Translations under genes and position numbers: made by a program
The notes under the pieces: generated by a model
The model's database searches: none
What the model was told of the DNA's origin: nothing
The model's input: only the letters and a program-made list of their open reading frames with translations
DNA from: Phycisphaera mikurensis NBRC 102666
GTDB lineage: Bacteria; Planctomycetota; Phycisphaerae; Phycisphaerales; Phycisphaeraceae
Assembly (NCBI RefSeq): GCF_000284115.1
Contig: NC_017080.1
Location: 2,970,001-3,002,000, forward strand
DNA: 32,000 nucleotides
Direction of reading: 5' to 3'
Part shown: piece by piece, positions 10,712 to 17,281 of the stretch
Layout: the number at the start of each line of letters is the position of its first letter
Numbering within the stretch: position 1 is the stretch's first letter

Positions 10712-11230
10712 TCAGGCGGCGATGGGGCCGATGTTCACCGGCGCATCGAATTGGACGCCCACGTCGAAGAGTTCGGGGTCGCGGTCGGTGACGTCCAGGC
10801 CGCGGCACCAGACGACGCGGCCGCTGAGCACCCAGCCCAAGCCGGAACCGTCGTCGGGCTCGAGCACGGCGGTGCAGGGCGTCCCCGGCCGCACGTGGCT
10901 GCCGTGGACGAAGCCGATGCCGCCTTCGCCGACGTTGCGGGTGCGGACGACGAAGGTGCCGTGCGCGTCGTCGTCGTGGCCGCTCTGGGCCGTCAGGCGG
11001 ATCATGCAGCGGAAGTCGCCGGCGATGCGGGCGTGGCTGCGGGCTCCGGTCGCCGGGGTCATCCGCTCGGCGTAGCTGCCGAGCGACTCGGTGCTGGCGC
11101 GGGTGATCCGCTCGAGCATCTGACGCCACTGCAGGTCGGAGACCCAGATCCGCATCGTGTCGACGCCGGCGCCGCCGGTGTCGAGATCGGCGTCGACGGT
11201 GCGGGTGGGGGCGGTCGAGATCTGCAACAT
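10712..11230 (-). CDS. PilZ-domain-like protein (172 aa)
   Basis: From the ATG at 11230: MLQISTAPTRTVDADL... with HARIAGDFRCMIRL, TFVVRTRNVGEGGIGFVHGSHVRPGTPCTAVLE, SGRVVWCRGL and DVGVQFDAPVNIGPIAA. Confidence 0.65.
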   Translation of the reverse strand: MLQISTAPTRTVDADLDTGGAGVDTMRIWVSDLQWRQMLERITRASTESLGSYAERMTPATGARSHARIAGDFRCMIRLTAQSGHDDDAHGTFVVRTRNVGEGGIGFVHGSHVRPGTPCTAVLEPDDGSGLGWVLSGRVVWCRGLDVTDRDPELFDVGVQFDAPVNIGPIAA

Positions 11231-11458
11231 GGGGGCTCCTTCTCCGTGGTGCCCGTCCGGCGCGGGCGTGCTCGTGGTTTCGGCTGGAAGCCCCGGCCGC
11301 TGAAGCGACGCGGCCCGGAGGCGGCGCGATCCGCACGCGCAGGCGGCAGCCGCGTCACAGAGCGACGCGGCCGGCTCCTCCGGTTCCTTCTCCTGCGTCG
11401 CCGGCCTCGCCGCCCGCCGCACGCCGGATCCGGCCGCGAGCGGCGGACCGCAGCGGCT

Positions 11459-11479
11459 CCCCCCCCCCCCCCCGCCCCC
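11459..11479. repeat. C homopolymer tract (15 C, then G, then 6 C)
   Basis: Direct reading: cc + ccccccccccccc g cccccc between the PEP-CTERM-like gene and the PilZ-like gene. Confidence 0.9.
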
Positions 11480-11488
11480 CGCGTGCCC

Positions 11489-12232
11489 TCAGGCCCGGCG
11501 GCGGCGGGCGGCGAGGCCGGCGAGGACGACCAGCCCCGCGCCGGCGGCGGCCGGGGTCGGCACGACGGCGGCCTCGGTCGTCACGACCTCGTCGACGACC
11601 CCCGAGCCGCCGAGGGCGACGATGGCGGAGTCGAAGGAGGCGGCGCCGGCGAGCTCGGCCGAGAAGGCCGCGATGCGGTTCGCGGTGTTGTTGCCGAAGG
11701 CCACCGACGGGTCGAAGTGGGCCGAGCCGGGGGTCACCAGGTCGGCGAAATCGACGCGGAGGACCTCCTCCCCGCCGGAGAAGGCGGCGACGAAGTAGCC
11801 GGTGTCGGTGGTGAACTCGGAGGGTCCCTCGACGTCAACCACGGTGAAGCCGAAGGCGCCGATGGGCTCGGCGAAGTCGAAGCGCAGGTGCCCGGCCGGG
11901 CGGCGGAACTCCAGGATCCGGAAGGCGTCGGGGCCCTGGATCGCGATCCCGTTGCCGAGGTCGGTGCCCGCGGCGACGTTGCCGCCGCCGTCGAAGGGCG
12001 CCTGCTGGCCGCCGTAGGCGAGCTCGGGATGGCCGTCGAAGTCGTAGGCGACGGCGCTGCCGGGGGCGTCGTCGCTGGCGTTGAAGGCGGTGACGGTGAC
12101 GCCGCCGCCGAGATCGGACAGCGACGACCCGGCTTCGATGTCGTCGAAGTCGATGGTCGCGGCGGCGGCCGGGAGGCCGGCCACGGCCGGGAGGGCGAGG
12201 GCGGCGAGGAGCGCGGGGGCGGGGCGGGGCAT
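11489..12232 (-). CDS. secreted protein with PEP-CTERM/Gly-CTERM-like sorting tail
   Basis: From the ATG at 12232: signal peptide MPRPAPALLAALALPAVAGLPAAAATIDFDD; C-terminal VPTPAAAGAGLVVLAGLAARRRRA (P-rich motif, hydrophobic helix, Arg cluster). Confidence 0.75.
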   Translation of the reverse strand: MPRPAPALLAALALPAVAGLPAAAATIDFDDIEAGSSLSDLGGGVTVTAFNASDDAPGSAVAYDFDGHPELAYGGQQAPFDGGGNVAAGTDLGNGIAIQGPDAFRILEFRRPAGHLRFDFAEPIGAFGFTVVDVEGPSEFTTDTGYFVAAFSGGEEVLRVDFADLVTPGSAHFDPSVAFGNNTANRIAAFSAELAGAASFDSAIVALGGSGVVDEVVTTEAAVVPTPAAAGAGLVVLAGLAARRRRA

Positions 12233-12428
12233 GCAGGATTCCGGGGGTGGGAGACGCGGGCGAGAGCGGCGGCCAGGTTGCCGCGTGTTCATCGCCCCGC
12301 CCCGCCCCCGCGGGGAACCTCCGAGCCCGCTGAGCGTTATCGGACGCCCGCCGCCGGCCGCCGGCTGGTTTTCGGACGCGGACCGCGCCCGGCCGCGTCC
12401 CCGCCGCCGCGCCTCCGGCTCGGCCCGG

Positions 12429-14885
12429 TCAGCGGATCTTCCTGCCGTTCACGGTGACCTCGCCCTCGGCGATGTTGACCGGGCTGCTCGCCAGCCAGGC
12501 GGGATCGACCCCGGCCGGCTCCCCCGTCGCCCGGTCGATCGTCCCGAAGCTCAGCACGCCCGTCGGGCACATCTGCACGCAGGCGGAGCACCGCACGCAC
12601 TGCGGGTCGGCCATGGGCTCGCCCTTGTTGGCGAAGCTCATGACGTCGATGCCCTGGTGGCACACCGACGTGCAGACGTTGCAGGAGATGCACTTCTTCT
12701 TGTCCGCGAGGATGCGGAACTTGCTGAAACGCGCGTAGACGTGCATGAGCGCCGCCAGCGGGCAGGCGAAGCGGCACCACACGCGGCCGGAGAAGTGGAA
12801 GTACATCGCCACGCCCAGGATCCCGGCCCAGAGCAGGTCGACGCCCCACGCCCAGCTGATGACCGGAGCCGAGGAGGAGAGCCACCGGAAGGCGTTCCCG
12901 GCGAAGTTTCCCTCCGGCAGCACCCAGCCGACGACGCGTAGCGCGAGGAGGATGATCGCGAAGAGCAGGATCGCCTGTCCGATCATGTTCATCCGGTTCC
13001 AGAAGGGCCCGTGCGGCATCTTGTGCCGCTGCGTGTCGCCGAGCGTCTCGGCGAGTGCGCCGCACGAGCAGATCCAGCCGCAGTAGGAGCCTTTGCCCCA
13101 GAAGTAGATCATCGCGGGGATCGCGACGAAGGTCTGCAGGGCACCGAGGATCAGCCAGCCGAAGAGCGGCTCGGCGGTGAACCAGTTCCAGGCCATCAGC
13201 GGCCAGGCGAGGATGAAGCCGTACGCCCGCCAGTACTCGCGGCCGTGCCCGTAGTCGGCCCGCGGGAAGAACGTGTCGGCCAGCGAGCCGAGCCACCCGC
13301 TCTCGAACCAGCCGTTGTGCCCCGCCCAGGGCAGCAGGATCTCCGGGAGCAGGAACAGCGGGACGATCTGGATCACCGCCAGGGTGATCGTCTGCAGCTT
13401 CACGTACGGCGTTTTCCGCCGCCGGACCCGCCGGACGCCGAAGATCACGACGACGACGCAGTACGCGAGCGTGTAGTAGAAGCCCCGCCCCGAAGCGGAC
13501 AGAGCGATGGTCCCGCCGAGGTTGGAGAGGTCGCTGAAGTACGCGCCCACCGCGTTCTGAAGCCCCTGCACCGCGTCCCAGAACCACTTGGGTTCGGGCA
13601 GCAGCCACGCGGGCAGCTTCAGCGCCTCGATGTTGAAGAGCGGCTCGCCCTTGGTCCAGTGGTACATCCACGTGAAGAACAAGAGCGAGGCGACCAGCGT
13701 GACCCACCACTTCGCGTTCTTCTCGCCGAGGATGTCCACGCCGCTCTTGCGGAAGAACGCCAGCGGGGCCTCGCGGCCGATCATCGCGTAGACGGTGTCG
13801 TTCTTCAGCGTCCGCGTCTGGCCGTCGGCTTTCTTCAAGTCGACCTCGCCCTCGCGGATCTCCTCGATGTTGCTGCCCATCTCCAGCTGGAGGCAACCCT
13901 CGCAGGGCTTGCCTTCCTCCCGCTGGTCCTCCACGTGCACGCCGGCCATCCGCACGTCGCTGGGGCTCTCCACCCGGGCGGAGGCTTCGGGGTTCCGGGC
14001 CAGCGCCAGCAGCATCTCGCGGTTCTCGGGCTTGGGCCGGTTGAACTCGGGCTTGCGGTAGCTGAGCGTCACGTCGGCGCCGGCCTTGGTGCAGGCGATG
14101 GCCGCCTCCATGGCGGAGTCGCCGCCGCCGACGATCAGGACGCGCTTCCCCGTGGTGTCTCTCGGGTCGAAGAGGCGGTTGAAGACGCGGCCGTCGATCT
14201 CCTCGCCGGGCACGCCCAGCTTGCGGTAGTTGCCGCTGCGGCCGATCGCGACGACGACCTTCTTCGCCTTCACCCGCTGGGTTTGGGTGATCCACGAGAG
14301 GCCGTTGAGGTGCTGGCCCTCCGGCGGGCGGGCGCGTTCGGGCAGGACCAGCTCGAAGCGGCCGCCCTTCTTCTCGACGTGGTCGACCTTCCCGACGGCC
14401 CAGTGCAGGCCCCGGTCGACGGTCTGCTCGCGGAGGTCTTCCAGCAGGCCCTCCTTCACGTCGGACTTGTCGTGGAACGCGAGTCCGCCCTCGAGTTCGA
14501 GGCCGGTGGGGTACTTGTAGATCGGCTTGCCCCGGGGGAAGTTGACGATCGTGGAGAAGGGCTCGCTGGCCTCGAACACGCAGTAGGACAGGCCCAGCGC
14601 CTCGGCCTCGCGGGCGGCCGCGAAGCCGGAGGTGCCGCCGCCGACGATGGCCACGTCCAGCACGCCGTCCTCGCCGCCGCCGGGCAGCTCTTCCTTGATC
14701 TTGCGGATCACCCCGACGCCGGCGTTGACCGACAGCTTGAGCAGCGGGACGCCGGAGAGGTCGCCGACGACGTAGAGGCCCGGGACGTTCGTGCCGCCGT
14801 CGGCATCGACCACCGGCAGCACCTCCGGCTTGCCGGCGGGCCACTTCGTGTGCAGCCAATGCGTGTACCGGGCGATCGGATTCAT
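12429..14885 (-). CDS. FAD/NAD(P)-binding (YpdA/thioredoxin-reductase-like) domain fused to a NapH/NosR-like polyferredoxin membrane domain with two 4Fe-4S motifs
   Basis: DVAIVGGGTSGFAAA and RVLIVGGGDSAMEAA (dinucleotide-binding motifs), multiple TM segments, CGWICSCG and CRFACP, then CISCNVCTSVC and CVRCSACVQMCP. Confidence 0.88.
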   Translation of the reverse strand: MNPIARYTHWLHTKWPAGKPEVLPVVDADGGTNVPGLYVVGDLSGVPLLKLSVNAGVGVIRKIKEELPGGGEDGVLDVAIVGGGTSGFAAAREAEALGLSYCVFEASEPFSTIVNFPRGKPIYKYPTGLELEGGLAFHDKSDVKEGLLEDLREQTVDRGLHWAVGKVDHVEKKGGRFELVLPERARPPEGQHLNGLSWITQTQRVKAKKVVVAIGRSGNYRKLGVPGEEIDGRVFNRLFDPRDTTGKRVLIVGGGDSAMEAAIACTKAGADVTLSYRKPEFNRPKPENREMLLALARNPEASARVESPSDVRMAGVHVEDQREEGKPCEGCLQLEMGSNIEEIREGEVDLKKADGQTRTLKNDTVYAMIGREAPLAFFRKSGVDILGEKNAKWWVTLVASLLFFTWMYHWTKGEPLFNIEALKLPAWLLPEPKWFWDAVQGLQNAVGAYFSDLSNLGGTIALSASGRGFYYTLAYCVVVVIFGVRRVRRRKTPYVKLQTITLAVIQIVPLFLLPEILLPWAGHNGWFESGWLGSLADTFFPRADYGHGREYWRAYGFILAWPLMAWNWFTAEPLFGWLILGALQTFVAIPAMIYFWGKGSYCGWICSCGALAETLGDTQRHKMPHGPFWNRMNMIGQAILLFAIILLALRVVGWVLPEGNFAGNAFRWLSSSAPVISWAWGVDLLWAGILGVAMYFHFSGRVWCRFACPLAALMHVYARFSKFRILADKKKCISCNVCTSVCHQGIDVMSFANKGEPMADPQCVRCSACVQMCPTGVLSFGTIDRATGEPAGVDPAWLASSPVNIAEGEVTVNGRKIR

Positions 14886-14988
14886 GGAGCCACCTCGAAG
14901 AAAGCGTGCGGCCGGACCGTACCGGCAACACGCCGGCGCCCCGCGGACCCGCCGGCCGCCGGGCAGTCGCTCGTTGCGGACGGATCTT

Positions 14989-16266
14989 TCAGGCCTCGGG
15001 CCGGCTGTACCGGTTGGTGGCGACGGCCAGCACCGCCTGCCGCATCTCCTCGATGGGCGTGTGGCTGCCCTCCCGCACCAGCCGCTCGATGAAGCGCTCG
15101 CGGAGGCGGAGGAACTGCCGCTCACGCAGCGTCTGCTCGATCGCGGCCTGGGCCTGGAGCAGGGTCTGGCGGTCGGGACGCTCGACCGCGGCGGCCTCCA
15201 CGAACCAGAAGCGTTCGCCGCCGCCGGGGCCGGGCTGGCCGATCGGCCCGGCCCAATCGCCGGGCTCGTCGAGCGCGGCGACCGCGGCGTCCACCGCCGG
15301 GCGCCCGAAGGGCTCGTCGCCGACGATGGTCTGCATCATCCCGCCGGTCCAGCGGTTGTCGGTCTTGGGATCGGTCGCGACCGCGTCGAAGGGCTCGCCC
15401 GCGGCGAGCCGCTCCCGCACGGATCCGGCCGCGGCCGCGTCGTCGACCCAGATCAGGCCGAGGTCGCGGGTGGCGGGCGGGTTGAAGGTCTCGCGGTTCT
15501 GCCGGTAGAAGCGTTCCACGTCGCGGCGGGTGACGTTGATGCGGGCGTTGAGGTTCTGGCGGATGTAGTTGTCGGTGATGAGGCCGTCGCGGTACTGGCG
15601 GAGCGTCTCGTCCAGCGAGATCCCCGTGGTTTCCTGCAGCTCGCGGCGGGCGACGGCGAGCGAGCCGCGGCCGTGCCGGCGGAGCAGGTCCTCCCGACGC
15701 TGGCCCACCATCACCCGCACGCCCGCCCGCTGGTTGTCGGTGAGGTTGCGCTCGGCCTCACCGAGGATCAGCGCATTGACGAGGCGTTCGCGGAGGCTGG
15801 CCTCGATGATCTCGCCGGCCCGCTCGCGAAACACCGCCGGCTCGAGCCGGCGGCCGAGCGCGGCGAGCTGCGCATCGAGGTCGGCGAGCAGGTCGTCGGC
15901 GAAGACGGGCTGGCCGTTGATCTGGCCGACCATCGCGTCGAGCACGAGCGGTCCGCCGGGAGCGGGAGCGTCCGGCGACCGGCCGGGGCCCGCGGGAGCC
16001 TCTTCGGTGTCGCCGCGCTCCGCGGGACCCGGCGGCACCGGCGGGGCGATCGCCGGCGCGGGCTCGGAAGCTAGCTCGGCCGCGGCGGATTGGACCGCGG
16101 CCAGCTCCCCCCGCTCGTCGCCGGCGAAGTCCGCCGGCCGCACCGCGCGGACGCCGGCGCCGCCGCAACCGGCCAGGAGAAGGCCGCACGACGCCACCGC
16201 CACCGCGGCCGTCGCACCCCCGAAGGAGCGCCGGCGGTTGGGGTTGGGGCTGAGCCGGATCCGCAT
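14989..16266 (-). CDS. lipoprotein with SurA/PpiC-like (parvulin family) architecture
   Basis: Lipobox-like SCGLLLAGCGG; AMVGQINGQPVFADDLLADLDAQL (SurA-N-like); VERFYRQNRETFNPPATRDLGLIWV and GGMMQTIVGDEPFGRPAVDAAVAALDEPGDWAGPIGQ (PpiC-like). Confidence 0.65.
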   Translation of the reverse strand: MRIRLSPNPNRRRSFGGATAAVAVASCGLLLAGCGGAGVRAVRPADFAGDERGELAAVQSAAAELASEPAPAIAPPVPPGPAERGDTEEAPAGPGRSPDAPAPGGPLVLDAMVGQINGQPVFADDLLADLDAQLAALGRRLEPAVFRERAGEIIEASLRERLVNALILGEAERNLTDNQRAGVRVMVGQRREDLLRRHGRGSLAVARRELQETTGISLDETLRQYRDGLITDNYIRQNLNARINVTRRDVERFYRQNRETFNPPATRDLGLIWVDDAAAAGSVRERLAAGEPFDAVATDPKTDNRWTGGMMQTIVGDEPFGRPAVDAAVAALDEPGDWAGPIGQPGPGGGERFWFVEAAAVERPDRQTLLQAQAAIEQTLRERQFLRLRERFIERLVREGSHTPIEEMRQAVLAVATNRYSRPEA

Positions 16267-16281
16267 GGGGGCGAGGGTAGA

Positions 16282-17268
16282 TCAGCCCGGCGCCGGGTCC
16301 GCCGCGACCGGCCGCACGGAGACGGACACGCGGATGGAGTGGCTGCCGCCGCCCACGAGCACGCCCTTGAGGGGGCTGACGTCGGCGTAGTCGCGGCCCC
16401 AGGCCAGCGTCACGTGCTCGTCGCCGGCGAGCTTCGCGTTGGTGGGGTCGACGTCGAACCAGCCGGCCGCCGACGGATCCACGCCGGGCTCTTCCTCTCC
16501 CAGTCGCACCGAAACCCAGGCGTGCGACGCGTCGGAGCCGACCAGGCCGCTGTCCGGCGGGGGCGTCACGCCGCCGGGGGGCACCGGCGTGTCGTCGTTG
16601 CCGGTCCGCACGTACCCCGACACGTAGCGGGCCGGCAGGCCGAGCCCGCGGAGCATCGCCAGCGCGAGGTGTGCGAAGTCCTGGCACACCCCGCGACGCT
16701 GTTCGAAGACGCGGAGCACCGGCGTGGACAGGTCCGTCGCCGCGGGGTCGTAGGCGAAGTCCTCGAAGATCCGTCGCGCCAGCTCCAGGGTCGCCGCGGC
16801 CACGGGGCGGCCGGGCGTGAAGCTCTCGCGGGCGTAGCCGCGGAGCGCCGGAGCCGATGGCGTCAGCGCCGTCTCGAGGCTCTGCTCCAGCACCGCCTGC
16901 CCGGCGGCGTCGAGGCGGGCGCGGGCGCCGGCGACGACGGCCTCCCACGGCGCAGATCGATCCAGCACGGCCGGGTCGGCCGCGCCCCCGGGGCCGCCGC
17001 CGCAGGCAACCTCCACGAGGCTCGAGGCGGTGACGCCGAGCTCGTGGTGCGGGCGGTGGACCTCGAAGCGGCTCTGGTGGTTGCCGAAGGCGTCTAGCGT
17101 CTCGCGGCAGACCTGGGGCCGTGGCCGCACCTCCAGGGCGTGCGTGTGGCAGGCCTGCGTCCGCCAGAACGAGCGGAAGCTGCGTGGGCGGGCGACGGCG
17201 ACGTGCAGGCCGCCCTCGACGGGCTCCGCGTAGGCGTAGACGCTCCGGTGGAGGATCTGGTACTTCAC
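16282..17268 (-). CDS. transglutaminase-like protein (N-terminal beta domain + TGase core)
   Basis: MKYQILHRSVYAYAEPV..., then the Cys motif RRGVCQDFAHLALAMLRGLGLPARYVSGY, the His motif DASHAWVSVRLG and GWFDVDPTN. Confidence 0.92.
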   Translation of the reverse strand: MKYQILHRSVYAYAEPVEGGLHVAVARPRSFRSFWRTQACHTHALEVRPRPQVCRETLDAFGNHQSRFEVHRPHHELGVTASSLVEVACGGGPGGAADPAVLDRSAPWEAVVAGARARLDAAGQAVLEQSLETALTPSAPALRGYARESFTPGRPVAAATLELARRIFEDFAYDPAATDLSTPVLRVFEQRRGVCQDFAHLALAMLRGLGLPARYVSGYVRTGNDDTPVPPGGVTPPPDSGLVGSDASHAWVSVRLGEEEPGVDPSAAGWFDVDPTNAKLAGDEHVTLAWGRDYADVSPLKGVLVGGGSHSIRVSVSVRPVAADPAPG

Positions 17269-17281
17269 GGGGCGGGGCGTC

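Noticed and set aside
10412-10748. CRISPR array or tandem ncRNA genes
   Set aside because: Units are near-identical over their full 100 bp with no variable spacers; a copied gene 3' end fits better. An RNA role is not excluded but is unsupported.
13011-15092. Long plus-strand ORF (693 aa) antisense to the flavin/polyferredoxin gene
   Set aside because: His/Arg/Ala/Gly-rich translation with no motifs, exactly opposite a gene with clear catalytic motifs; typical high-GC shadow ORF.
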